Of a DNA stretch of 64,000 nt, positions 1-9,739 are shown piece by piece. The notes below the pieces were generated by a model. That model did no database searches, was not told the DNA's origin, and saw nothing but the letters and a program-made list of their open reading frames with translations. The translations under genes and the position numbers were made by a program. How positions within the stretch are numbered: position 1 is the first letter of the stretch; every line of letters starts with the position of its first letter. The stretch covers positions 1,549 to 65,548 of the forward strand of contig JAZQDE010000015.1 in the NCBI GenBank assembly GCA_045546695.1, in the 5' to 3' direction. This DNA comes from Clostridia bacterium. Its GTDB lineage: Bacteria; Bacillota; Clostridia; UBA1212; UBA1255.

Positions 1-333
1 AATAAACCATATGACCTCACAAACGCGATTGCAAACAAACTTTTCCCCGGATATTTCAAAACAGTATTTGGTATGAACAAGGACTTTCCGCGCAAACCTG
101 ATCCTGCTTCAACCCTTTATGTGGCCGGACTTCTTGGTGCTGAGCCCGCAAATTGCCTTTTTATAGGCGATTCCGAGGTTGACTACAAGACCGGAGTCAA
201 TGCCGGCATGCCCGTATTTTCAGCGACATGGGGCTTCAGAGACGAAGAAGAGCTAAGACAAGCCGGTGCAAAGATACTTATTCATAAGCCAATCGATATG
301 ATTGAAGCATTCAAAGAAAATTTCGAGGTGTAA
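1..333 (+). CDS. HAD-superfamily hydrolase (phosphoglycolate-phosphatase-like), C-terminal part; 5' end lies outside the window
   Basis: The frame is open from nt 1. HAD motif III/IV-like residues are present (KPDP ... FIGDSEVDYKTGVNAGMP), and a TAA stop sits at 331-333. Confidence 0.6.
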   Translation, partial: NKPYDLTNAIANKLFPGYFKTVFGMNKDFPRKPDPASTLYVAGLLGAEPANCLFIGDSEVDYKTGVNAGMPVFSATWGFRDEEELRQAGAKILIHKPIDMIEAFKENFEV

Positions 334-334
334 A

Positions 335-1318
335 ATGATTTATCCTGCCCTTTTGCGTGAAAATTCTTTAATTGGTGTTACTGCTCCAAGTTCAGGCGTT
401 GATATCAATAAAGATCCTACTTTTGATACATATAAGACGAATCTTGCTTCATTTGGCTTCAGGTCAATTGAGACTGCAAACGTCCGCACGGGACTTACGC
501 CAAGCTCGTCTGCCAAAACACGTGCCGACGAATTCAATAGTCTTGTGAAAAATCCTGACGTTGATATGATTTTGTGCGCCAAAGGCGGTGATTTGCTGTT
601 TGAAATGCTTGATAAAGTTGATTTTGACGCGCTTGTGGCGAACCCAAAGTGGGTTCAGGGATATTCAGATCCGACTTCCCTTCTGTATGCAATAACAACA
701 AAATATGATATTGCTACAGTTTATGGTAACGGAGCCGGTGCATACAGTATGAATCCAATGCATAAATCACTAATTGATTCAATGCATCTTCTTATGGGAA
801 AAATTGATACACAATTCAGCTTTGAACTGTATGAAAAAAACAAGGGTGACAGTAGTTTCGGTTACAATCTTGATACACCTGTTGAATGGAACGGCGAAGC
901 CTTTTTCACAGGTCGTCTTATCGGCGGTTGCGTTGACGTTCTTGAGCAATTGATAGGAACGCCATTCGACGGTACAAAAGAGTTTATAAACAAATATGCG
1001 CAGGATGGTATTATATGGTATTTTGACAATTTTGCATTGTCTTCGGAAAGATTGTATGGCTTTTTATGGCACCTGAAAAAATGCGGCTATTTTAAAAACG
1101 CCTCAGGCTTTATTTTCGGCCGAAATCTTTTTGAAAGCACATTTATTGATTTTGCGTATAGCGAAGCTATTTCACGTGCCCTGGGCGATTTAAACGTACC
1201 AATTATTACCAACGCAGATATAGGACACGTCTCCCCTCGTATTGCAATAGTAAACGGCGCCCTTGCTGCAGTAAAAGTTGAAAATAAAAAAGGAACTGTA
1301 AAACAGCTCCTTTTATAA
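335..1318 (+). CDS. LD-carboxypeptidase (peptidase S66, MccF/LdcA-like)
   Basis: N-terminal LIGVTAPSSG motif typical of S66 LD-carboxypeptidases. A GAGGTG RBS sits 6 nt upstream of the ATG at 335. The ORF-track start at 302 is a TTG inside the previous gene. Confidence 0.7.
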   Translation: MIYPALLRENSLIGVTAPSSGVDINKDPTFDTYKTNLASFGFRSIETANVRTGLTPSSSAKTRADEFNSLVKNPDVDMILCAKGGDLLFEMLDKVDFDALVANPKWVQGYSDPTSLLYAITTKYDIATVYGNGAGAYSMNPMHKSLIDSMHLLMGKIDTQFSFELYEKNKGDSSFGYNLDTPVEWNGEAFFTGRLIGGCVDVLEQLIGTPFDGTKEFINKYAQDGIIWYFDNFALSSERLYGFLWHLKKCGYFKNASGFIFGRNLFESTFIDFAYSEAISRALGDLNVPIITNADIGHVSPRIAIVNGALAAVKVENKKGTVKQLLL

Positions 1319-1438
1319 TCAATATGACAGAAACATTATAAACCACATTATCAGATACAGTAGGATTATGATTCCGATAACAACAAGCATCGGCACGAAC
1401 ATCATTTTTACTGCGCCCCAATATGTGTTCCACTTATC

Positions 1439-1468
1439 GCCAAAGCTCGACTTTGGCTTATTTTTTTT
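1439..1468 (+). terminator. Rho-independent terminator downstream of the LD-carboxypeptidase gene
   Basis: Hairpin GCCAAAG-ctcga-CTTTGGC followed by TTATTTTTTTT. Confidence 0.6.
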
Positions 1469-1585
1469 ATTGTGTGAGACAGAGGAAAACGCGCTACCGC
1501 GTACACCTGACATGTCAGCAATCGTCCTGCCGTCATCAACATATTTTACTTTTTGTTTTTTCTGTTTCTTGCTCATTTTGTTCGT

Positions 1586-2566
1586 TTATTGAATCAGATG
1601 ACATGCGGCAAAATGGCCGTTGCCATAATCTTTATACTCAGGTACTTCTTCTTTACAGATATCTGTGGCATATGGACATCTTGTGTGGAATCGACAGCCT
1701 TTTGGCGGGTTAGCCGGTGAAGGGATATCGCCGCTTAAGACGATTCTGTTCATTTTCACATCGGGATCCGGATATGGAATCGCTGAGAATAACGCCTTTG
1801 TATATGGATGGAGAGGATTTGCAAAAATCTCTGCTTTTGTACCAAATTCTACCATTGAACCGAGATACATTACACCAATCTTGTCTGAAATAAACTTTAC
1901 AACTGACAAATCATGGGAGATGAAGATATACGTCAGGTTCATTGACTCCTGAAGGCTCTTGAGCAGATTGATAATCTGCGCTTGGATTGACACGTCGAGA
2001 GCTGATACAGGCTCGTCACATACGACTAGTTCAGGATTAACTGCGAGGGCTCTTGCAATACATATTCTCTGACGTTGTCCGCCTGAAAACTCATGAGGAT
2101 AACGTTCATAATAATAATCACGAAGACCGCATTTATCCATAAGTTCGAGAACGTACTCTTTGACCTGACTCTTCGGAACGATATTATGCACCATAACAGG
2201 TTCAGAAAGAATACCACCTACAGTACTTCTCGGAGGAAGTGATGAGTATGGGTCCTGGAAAATAATCTGCATCTTTGTGCGGATGTCTCTCATCTGTGAT
2301 GAATTATATTTTGTAATATCTTCTCCCTTGAAAATAATCTGACCGCTTGTCGGCTGATGAAGTTTGAGAATTGCTCTACCCATAGTAGTTTTGCCGCAAC
2401 CTGACTCACCAACGATACCGAGTGTTTCGCCGGGCATCAATGTGAAAGAAACATCGTCAACTGCAACCAACTCTTTAGTAACTTTTCCCATAAGAGTTTT
2501 CTTCAGCGGAAAGCTTTTTCTAAGATTTTTCACTTCTAATATTGGCTCATTTTTAGACATTTTCAC
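1586..2566 (-). CDS. oppF: Oligopeptide ABC transporter ATP-binding protein OppF
   Basis: Walker A GESGCGKTT, an ABC signature LSGGQRQR, and a C-terminal oligopeptide-transporter extension. It is the last gene of an A-B-C-D-F order. Confidence 0.85.
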   Translation of the reverse strand: MKMSKNEPILEVKNLRKSFPLKKTLMGKVTKELVAVDDVSFTLMPGETLGIVGESGCGKTTMGRAILKLHQPTSGQIIFKGEDITKYNSSQMRDIRTKMQIIFQDPYSSLPPRSTVGGILSEPVMVHNIVPKSQVKEYVLELMDKCGLRDYYYERYPHEFSGGQRQRICIARALAVNPELVVCDEPVSALDVSIQAQIINLLKSLQESMNLTYIFISHDLSVVKFISDKIGVMYLGSMVEFGTKAEIFANPLHPYTKALFSAIPYPDPDVKMNRIVLSGDIPSPANPPKGCRFHTRCPYATDICKEEVPEYKDYGNGHFAACHLIQ

Positions 2567-3722
2567 TCACCTCTTCATATAAATGACATGCAACAAAATG
2601 AGTCGGACTCACTTGTATCATGCCCGGATAGTCGCCGGAACACTTGTTGACACACATAGAACATCTTTCCTTAAAATAGCAATGATCCGGCATATTGATC
2701 GGGTTCGGAACGTTGCCTGGGATATTGAATAAAGTGTCACTGTCAGAATCAAGAGTAGGTTTTGATTTCTGAAGACCAATCGTATACGGATGCATAGGAT
2801 TGTGGAAAATCTCAGAAACTGTTCCCTTTTCTATAACTCTTCCTGCGTACATCACAACAACGTAATCTGCCATTTCTGCAATAATACCAAGGTCGTGTGT
2901 GATAAGAAGAATCGAACCGTCAATTTTTGTTTTGAGGTCTCTTAGCAGGTCAAGAATCTGTGCCTGAATTGTAACGTCAAGAGCGGTGGTAGGCTCATCT
3001 GCGATAATAAGTCGCGGATTTGCAGCAAGCGCCATAGCAATCATTACTCTCTGTCTCATACCGCCTGACAATTCATGCGGGAACGCCTTGTACACTCTCT
3101 CGGGCATCGCAATACCAACGAGATTGAGCATTTCCATTGATTTATCTTTTGCCTGCTGTTTTGTTGCCTTTTTATCATTGATAAAAGTAACTTCATCAAG
3201 TTGCTGACCAATGGTGAAAACAGGATTAAGAGATGTCATCGGTTCCTGGAAAATCATAGCAATTTCCTTGCCGCGGATTCTGTAAATCTCACGTGAAGGC
3301 ATTTTAGCTATATCATACACCTTGTCATCGCCTGTCTTGAAACGTATCTCACCGGAGTAAATCTGTCCCTGCGGGCCCTGGAGCAGACGCATAACTGACA
3401 TACTCGTAACTGATTTACCACATCCTGACTCACCAACAATACCAACGGTTGCATTTTTAGGCACGTCAATTGAAACACCGTTTACAGCCTTAACAACACC
3501 TTGTTCTGTGAAAAAATATGTGTGCAAATCATCAATTTCGAGAATATTTGCAGGATTTTTCAGTTCTGAAACAAACTCTTCCTCGCCGGCTTTTCTGTTT
3601 TTATAAGCCTCAAGGCGTTTCATCTCTTTGCTGTTTGCTTTAGCAATAGCACGGATCTCCTTGCCGGTGAGATAATGTTTAGAAGCTGAAGTTTTATTTG
3701 TATTATTATCTTTATTTTCCAT
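2553..3722 (-). CDS. oppD: Oligopeptide ABC transporter ATP-binding protein OppD
   Basis: Walker A GESGCGKS, signature LSGGMRQR, Walker B LIIADEPTTALD. It overlaps oppF by 14 nt. The N-terminal ~60 aa are an extension, so the start is uncertain. Confidence 0.8.
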   Translation of the reverse strand: MENKDNNTNKTSASKHYLTGKEIRAIAKANSKEMKRLEAYKNRKAGEEEFVSELKNPANILEIDDLHTYFFTEQGVVKAVNGVSIDVPKNATVGIVGESGCGKSVTSMSVMRLLQGPQGQIYSGEIRFKTGDDKVYDIAKMPSREIYRIRGKEIAMIFQEPMTSLNPVFTIGQQLDEVTFINDKKATKQQAKDKSMEMLNLVGIAMPERVYKAFPHELSGGMRQRVMIAMALAANPRLIIADEPTTALDVTIQAQILDLLRDLKTKIDGSILLITHDLGIIAEMADYVVVMYAGRVIEKGTVSEIFHNPMHPYTIGLQKSKPTLDSDSDTLFNIPGNVPNPINMPDHCYFKERCSMCVNKCSGDYPGMIQVSPTHFVACHLYEEVSENV

Positions 3723-3724
3723 AA

Positions 3725-4765
3725 TTATCTCCTCGCTTTAGGATCGAGCGCGTCACGCAGACCGTCACCTACAAAGTTAAATCCAAGTACTGCAATTACG
3801 ATACAGATACCGGCAGGTACCCATACGTAAAGATGGTTCTGAAGTACGTCCTGGTTTGTTGAAATAATATTGATCATCGAACCCCATGCATCAACGTCGC
3901 CCTTTACACCGAGATTCAGATATGACAGCGTTGCTTCATAAAGAATCATACTACCAAGGCTCAAACTCATCTGAACGATAAGCTGCGGCATAACGTTTGG
4001 CACAAGGTGTTTGAAAATCTTTCTTGTGGTCGAATATCCCATTGCTTCTGCGGCAACCATAAATTCCTGCTCACGCAAAGAAAGAATCTGACCTCTTACA
4101 AGTCTTGCCGTACCCGGCCATGATATCATTGACAAGAATGCCATCAATATGTAAATACGATAGTTAGCATTTATGTCCGATGCGTCAAGCAAAGTACTTA
4201 CGATAAGCAGAATCGGCACACCGGGCAGACAGATGAGGACGTCACATATTCTCATGATAACAGTATCAATAACTCCCCCGAAATATCCTGAAATACCACC
4301 AAAGATGATACCCATAATCGTGACTACAAATACTGCAAGGAAGCTTACGAGCAGAGATATTCTGCCACCGAGCATCAGTGATGACAGTACGTCATAGCCT
4401 TCTTCATCTGTACCAATCAGATGCTCTGAGTCAGGAGATGAAAGGAAATTATCTTTTAATTCCTTTTCAGTCGTCTGACGAACAGTATATTCAACACCAT
4501 TTACTGTATAAGTTGTTTCTGAAAAAGCATATTCTACTTTTCCACTCTCATCTAAAACAACTTTTCCGTCGTCAATCCATTCAGTATACACGTAAGGACC
4601 GACAAAACAGAACAGGAACAAGCTTATGATCATAATAAGACCGATAATACTGAGTTTTGATTTGAAAAATCTTCTGAGCACCATCTGAGTCGGAGACATA
4701 AGCTTAATATTTTTATCAAGAGGGGTCTCCTGGTTTTCTACGTTTTTATTTTCATTTTCAGCCAT
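3725..4765 (-). CDS. oppC: Oligopeptide ABC transporter permease OppC
   Basis: Multi-TM BPD-transporter permease. The N-terminal extension is typical of OppC/DppC. It sits between oppB and oppD. Confidence 0.8.
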   Translation of the reverse strand: MAENENKNVENQETPLDKNIKLMSPTQMVLRRFFKSKLSIIGLIMIISLFLFCFVGPYVYTEWIDDGKVVLDESGKVEYAFSETTYTVNGVEYTVRQTTEKELKDNFLSSPDSEHLIGTDEEGYDVLSSLMLGGRISLLVSFLAVFVVTIMGIIFGGISGYFGGVIDTVIMRICDVLICLPGVPILLIVSTLLDASDINANYRIYILMAFLSMISWPGTARLVRGQILSLREQEFMVAAEAMGYSTTRKIFKHLVPNVMPQLIVQMSLSLGSMILYEATLSYLNLGVKGDVDAWGSMINIISTNQDVLQNHLYVWVPAGICIVIAVLGFNFVGDGLRDALDPKARR

Positions 4766-4776
4766 GGTCCCACCTC

Positions 4777-5766
4777 CTATTCAAGTTTAACTCTCGGGTC
4801 TACGACAGCATACATAATATCTGCCATCAGAATACCCAATACACTCAACACGGCCAGGAACATGTTGTATCCCATAATGAACGGGATATCGCCTCTGTTC
4901 ATGGCATCAAGTGCTATATTACCGATACCGGGAAGGTCAAATACCTGCTCGGTGATGATTGCTCCTGAGAAAAGTGACGGAAGCAGACCTGCCAAAGATG
5001 TTACAAGAGGAATCAATGTGTTTCTGAAAGCGTGCTTGTTTATAACAACTTTTTCACTAAGACCCTTCGCTCTTGCTGTACGTATGTAATCAGAATTGAG
5101 AACTTCAAGCATGTTCGTTCTTGTCATCCTCATTCTGGCACCAATGCTAAGAATAACAATTGTAAGTACAGGAACAAACATATGCCTTGCATAGTCCACA
5201 AGCAACGCAAAACCGGTGTACGACTGCGTGGCGTCGACCATTCCCGACGTCGGGAACCCCATAAATTCCGAGAAGAAGCTTTTCAGAACTTGTCCGAAGA
5301 AGAATGAAGGCAATGATATACCAATCATAACCAATACTGTTACAACGTAATCTCTGAGAGAATACTGGTGTGTAGCAGCAGTTATACCAAGCGGTATTGC
5401 AATCATAAACTCAAAAATTGTAGCTACAAGTGCAATAGCAAATGATATTCCCATGTGCTCAAAAATAACTTCAGCAACAGGTCTTGCGTACACAAAGCTT
5501 GTACCGAGGTCAAAGCGAAGAAGTGATGACAGCCAGCTGAAATAGCCTTTTAAGATCCCTAAAAAGCTATCATCCTTAAGACCGTACATCTCATACATGG
5601 CATCTACGGTCTCCTGGCTGACAGTCGCTCCCCCCTGGTTCATGGCGTCGATTTTATCCTGGATAAAATCAACGGGCATCAACCTGATAAGGAAATAAAT
5701 TATCATTGATACGCCAAGCAATATTACAAGTGCCAGGGCTAATCTTTTAATAATATACTTTAACAT
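4777..5766 (-). CDS. oppB: Oligopeptide ABC transporter permease OppB
   Basis: OppB/DppB-type permease with six TM segments, immediately downstream of the binding-protein gene. Confidence 0.85.
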   Translation of the reverse strand: MLKYIIKRLALALVILLGVSMIIYFLIRLMPVDFIQDKIDAMNQGGATVSQETVDAMYEMYGLKDDSFLGILKGYFSWLSSLLRFDLGTSFVYARPVAEVIFEHMGISFAIALVATIFEFMIAIPLGITAATHQYSLRDYVVTVLVMIGISLPSFFFGQVLKSFFSEFMGFPTSGMVDATQSYTGFALLVDYARHMFVPVLTIVILSIGARMRMTRTNMLEVLNSDYIRTARAKGLSEKVVINKHAFRNTLIPLVTSLAGLLPSLFSGAIITEQVFDLPGIGNIALDAMNRGDIPFIMGYNMFLAVLSVLGILMADIMYAVVDPRVKLE

Positions 5767-5788
5767 AATCTACTCCGATTCAAAATAA

Positions 5789-8365
5789 TCAGTTTGCGAA
5801 TTCAATTTTCCAGATTTCGTCAAGTGGTGATGAATAAGGATTCATTTCACTCTCAGCAGGCATACTGGAAGCCTTAATAACATTTGAGTTGTATGCATAG
5901 AGTACACTTCTCTGGTAAACAGGAAGCTCTATTGCAAGGTCAAGAATCTGTGTCATAGCATCTTTGTAAAGCTTTGCACGCTCTGTCTGGTCGTTAATTG
6001 ATCTTGCATCGTCGATTAATTCACTGAGTGAATCAAGAATAGCCATTTCTTCTGCTGTGCCGCTTGTCTTGAGGTAATTATAACCCCATGCAAGTGTACT
6101 TGTAGCAGATGAATCTTTGTGATATACCTGATACATATCAGGGTCGAGTGCTGAAGACCATGCAGCTGCCCATACTTCAAGGGAGCCTGTGTTGATCTTT
6201 GTAAGAGCCTGAGTATCACATACTACGTCAACTTCCCAACCGAGTTCATTAAGAAGAGTTGCAGCGTCTCTGAATACCTTGTATGTCGGGTGATCCTGGA
6301 GGCTGTTGCCGGCGATTGTGAAAGTAATATCCAATGAAGCATCGCCTGCACTTACGCCTGCAGCCTGCATATATTTTTCAATATTGGCAATTGCAATAGA
6401 TTCATTCCATTTGCCGAGCTGAGGATAATCGCAGTTGTTGTCAGTAGCATCATTGCCTGTAGGATAAGCCCAGCTTACCATTGACATCGGCCAGTAAATC
6501 TGTGATGCAGTACCTGCTCTGTAGTAGTCAAGAGCAAGAGATGTGTTCATAGCGCACATGATAGCTTTACGGATATTGATATCATTAATCTTCGCAGCGT
6601 TTACACCTACGTAACCATAACCGAGCTGATCTTCTACAATCTTTTCAATACCTTTTGATTTAAGATTTTCAAGCTTATCAAAGTTGTCAGTTGTAAGTGA
6701 TGGTGAAATGTAATGAACAGCGCCACTTTCAAGTGCAGCAATTGCGTTTGCAGAGCTTACAACCTGGTAACGGATCTTCTCTATTTTAGCATTTTCAATA
6801 GAAGAACCCGTTGTGTGGAAATTGTTATTTGCTTTGAAGTAAACAACGTTGTTCATATAGAAAGCTGATTCTGAAGGCTTGTCACTGTTGTTGCTGTCTG
6901 TAGCTTTATAAGCACCTGCACCCATAGGAAGCTTAATATTTCTTGTTGACTGAATAACGTTCTTCATAAAGTCAAAGCTTGCAAATTCAACGCCGAACTT
7001 GTTGTTGGCAATATCAACGTCAACTTTACTTCCTTCACCATAGTAATGCTGAGGTGCAACTGTTAATGCAAAGTTCCAGATTGCCTTAGGGTCAATACCA
7101 TCAATTGTAATCTGAAGAACATCATACTCATCAGCATTTGTAACAGTACCATCGCTGTTGTGACCTGAAGCAATCTTGTATTCTTTACCATTTACTGTAA
7201 TTGTTGTACCTGCAAGATCTGTATGACCAAGAGACTTGATGCCTGAGATGCTTGGAACGAGAAGGCCGTCGTCAGTTACGTTTTCATGAAGAATTACTTC
7301 TGTAGCTTTAGCTGTAAACTCGTTTGTAAGAGTTGTGGCTGTTGCCCAGTACTGAAGAATTATGTTAAGTTCGCGTGCAATCTTATCGTTGTATATATAC
7401 TGAATTGCATCTTCTTTTGTTTTGATTGATTCAGGATATCCTTTTGTAAGAGTAGCAATCTTTGTCTTGTCATCCTTACCATTTTCATCCTTTGCATATT
7501 CAATCTCAACGTAACCTTCTGAGAACATGAAGCAGAAAATCTCATCCTTGAATTCTTCGTGTGACTTGTAAGGCTCGTCTGTATATGATTCCTGAGCACT
7601 TACGTAGTCTGATTCGAGTTCTTCTTTGAAAAGTTCCAAAGCGCGCTCGTAGTCTTCAAGAAGATTCTGGTTTGTTACTTCTGAAGGATTGTTTGATATA
7701 GCTGCCTTGTAACCTGAACCAAGTGTATGAGCAAGAATCGCTGCTTTCATCGTAGCGTAATCAACTTCTCTTGTTGAAGAAGCTTTAAGCTGGTTGTTAA
7801 ACAGGTTGATAAGTTCATTGATTCTTGTTTTGGCTCTTGAAGCTGCCTGTGAAGAGATCAATGCATTACTGTCATCTGAAGCAGAACCAATTGTCTGTGT
7901 TCTATATTCAGATAAACCAATGATATCTGTTGAATATAATGTTGATGAACCTGTATAAACCGGATCAAGATATACGTAATAGTTGAAAAGTATATCTTCC
8001 ATGGTAAGAGGATGTCCATCTGAGAACAAAATACCATTTTTGATGATAAATGTATATGTTGTTGTGTCATCAGCATTTTCAACAACATCGTAGTCCTTTA
8101 CAACAACTGCTTCGTCGTCGCCGTAACCAACTACAACCTCACCGTTTTCATAATTTGATGTGAGCATTCCAATCTGTGTCATGGCAACAATAGTGCCGTC
8201 TGCAGCAGATGTTGAAAAGAAAGGATTGAACAGTCCGTCAGGTTGATCTGTCATGATAACGAAAGCATCAACATTTGTTTTTTCACTGTTACATCCTGAA
8301 AAAGTTCCAATAATACCGGCGCAAAGGCAAATGCACAGTACTAATGATAATATTCTTTTTCTCAT
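5789..8365 (-). CDS. oppA: Oligopeptide-binding lipoprotein OppA (family-5 solute-binding protein), unusually long at 858 aa
   Basis: Lipoprotein signal with lipobox (LCAGIIGTFSGC). The SBP_bac_5-like fold carries long insertions. GGAG RBS. It is the first gene of the opp operon. Confidence 0.75.
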   Translation of the reverse strand: MRKRILSLVLCICLCAGIIGTFSGCNSEKTNVDAFVIMTDQPDGLFNPFFSTSAADGTIVAMTQIGMLTSNYENGEVVVGYGDDEAVVVKDYDVVENADDTTTYTFIIKNGILFSDGHPLTMEDILFNYYVYLDPVYTGSSTLYSTDIIGLSEYRTQTIGSASDDSNALISSQAASRAKTRINELINLFNNQLKASSTREVDYATMKAAILAHTLGSGYKAAISNNPSEVTNQNLLEDYERALELFKEELESDYVSAQESYTDEPYKSHEEFKDEIFCFMFSEGYVEIEYAKDENGKDDKTKIATLTKGYPESIKTKEDAIQYIYNDKIARELNIILQYWATATTLTNEFTAKATEVILHENVTDDGLLVPSISGIKSLGHTDLAGTTITVNGKEYKIASGHNSDGTVTNADEYDVLQITIDGIDPKAIWNFALTVAPQHYYGEGSKVDVDIANNKFGVEFASFDFMKNVIQSTRNIKLPMGAGAYKATDSNNSDKPSESAFYMNNVVYFKANNNFHTTGSSIENAKIEKIRYQVVSSANAIAALESGAVHYISPSLTTDNFDKLENLKSKGIEKIVEDQLGYGYVGVNAAKINDINIRKAIMCAMNTSLALDYYRAGTASQIYWPMSMVSWAYPTGNDATDNNCDYPQLGKWNESIAIANIEKYMQAAGVSAGDASLDITFTIAGNSLQDHPTYKVFRDAATLLNELGWEVDVVCDTQALTKINTGSLEVWAAAWSSALDPDMYQVYHKDSSATSTLAWGYNYLKTSGTAEEMAILDSLSELIDDARSINDQTERAKLYKDAMTQILDLAIELPVYQRSVLYAYNSNVIKASSMPAESEMNPYSSPLDEIWKIEFAN

Positions 8366-8416
8366 TTTGCTTCTCCTTTACAATTTTATATAATATATCC
8401 AATAATTCTTATAAAA

Positions 8417-9739
8417 TTATGATATAACAACACTTACCTGATTTCCGGATATTTCTATCTGTACTTTTTCAGGATTCTCTCCACCGACAACACACGTGAT
8501 GTCAGAAAAATCAACTAAAGAATAATCACCAAGGCCACAAACAAGACCAATTGAGTAATCATCAACACCAAAGTAGCATTGAGAATCGATAATGATTGTA
8601 CCTTTTTCTATAGTAATATTTTCAACAGTAGCAGCCGATGAAATTGAGCCTGCAAGCAAGCCATAGTTTGTACCGACAACTCTCGTACCACCCTTTATTG
8701 TAAACGACACATTCTTAAATGCAACATCTTTAATTGAAGAACCGTCTGACAACTGTCCGAACAGACCACTGTTTGCCTTGGCATTATTTGTCTGTACGAA
8801 TGAAATATTACTGAAAACGTGTCCGTTTCCTTGAATTGAACCTGTGAAATTACCATGCATAAATGCTGTTGGCCAGATTTTGTCTGTGAAATCAAGGTCA
8901 GCCATTATAATGTAATTTCCTGAAATATTTGCATTTGAAATGAATTGTTCTGCTGTATGAATCTGATACCAGTCGCCTTCAATCCAGTCTATGTATACTT
9001 TCATTACTGTATTTGTTGCAGTACCTGTTGCCTCATCAAACACACCTGTATGAACAATCGTGTCACCTGTAATCTGATTTTCACAATTAAGGTCTGTATA
9101 TGCTCCGTCAAATGTAAAACCTGTCTTTTGAGGAATATCATCAGACGTAAGTTTTCCGGTCTTCTCGTCCCATTTGGGCATAGCAAATGAATTACCATCC
9201 ATCGGGTTGAAAGATGTTTCTTTTAACAACTCGCCTGTAGTCGAATCATAGAATTCGATTTCAAAAAGAGGAACCCAGGCTGCATACAATGTGACATATG
9301 GCTCACTTGCATTATATTCTTTGCTTGCATCAACTTCCAGAAGTTGGTTGTCAAAATCCCATTTGTCAGCATAAGTATAATAAACGTTACCGTCTGAATC
9401 AGTATTCTCTATCCTTTCCTGATACCAGCCGGCAAGGAAATAACCATTATTTGTGGCTTCAAAAGCATCAGTAGCCCTGGCCGGGTCATCGGGACGAAGA
9501 AGTGCAATTTCAGCGTTACCATTACTGTTTTTGTTTACGTTGTTTATGTTATATGAATCAACAATAACTGACGTATTCGTTGTGAAAAAGCCACCGTTAG
9601 CGTCATATTTAACGCTTACGGTATAACCTTTTTCATTATTTACATCATAAGGATTCTCGCTGGAATTACAGCCAACTAAAAGTCCAAGCAAAATCAAAAC
9701 AAAACAGAGTATAAATAATACTTTATTTCTTAAATTCAT
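8417..9739 (-). CDS. Surface lipoprotein with a Listeria-Bacteroides-type repeat and a GLUG motif
   Basis: Lipobox LLGLLVGC. YxVxYDANGG ... GWY repeat resembling Flg_new. GNFTGSIQGNGHVFSNISF ... GLFG resembling the GLUG motif. The start overlaps the protease stop (ATGA). Confidence 0.5.
   Translation of the reverse strand: MNLRNKVLFILCFVLILLGLLVGCNSSENPYDVNNEKGYTVSVKYDANGGFFTTNTSVIVDSYNINNVNKNSNGNAEIALLRPDDPARATDAFEATNNGYFLAGWYQERIENTDSDGNVYYTYADKWDFDNQLLEVDASKEYNASEPYVTLYAAWVPLFEIEFYDSTTGELLKETSFNPMDGNSFAMPKWDEKTGKLTSDDIPQKTGFTFDGAYTDLNCENQITGDTIVHTGVFDEATGTATNTVMKVYIDWIEGDWYQIHTAEQFISNANISGNYIIMADLDFTDKIWPTAFMHGNFTGSIQGNGHVFSNISFVQTNNAKANSGLFGQLSDGSSIKDVAFKNVSFTIKGGTRVVGTNYGLLAGSISSAATVENITIEKGTIIIDSQCYFGVDDYSIGLVCGLGDYSLVDFSDITCVVGGENPEKVQIEISGNQVSVVIS

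Noticed and set aside
1319-1576. 85-aa minus-strand ORF (Lys-rich N-terminus plus one hydrophobic helix) between the LD-carboxypeptidase and oppF
   Set aside because: There is no RBS before its ATG. The region contains the plus-strand terminator hairpin (1439-1468), a perfect palindrome (CTGACATGTCAG, about 1508-1519) and a weak minus-strand hairpin (about 1489-1502). It therefore looks like the convergent terminator region of two operons rather than a gene. A small membrane protein cannot be strictly excluded.
8366-8416. Possible internal promoter for oppA in the AT-rich 51-nt gap (TTATAA ... TATATAA)
   Set aside because: The hexamers are weak and ambiguous on both strands. They are more likely to reflect AT-rich spacer composition, and read-through from the protease promoter is equally plausible.
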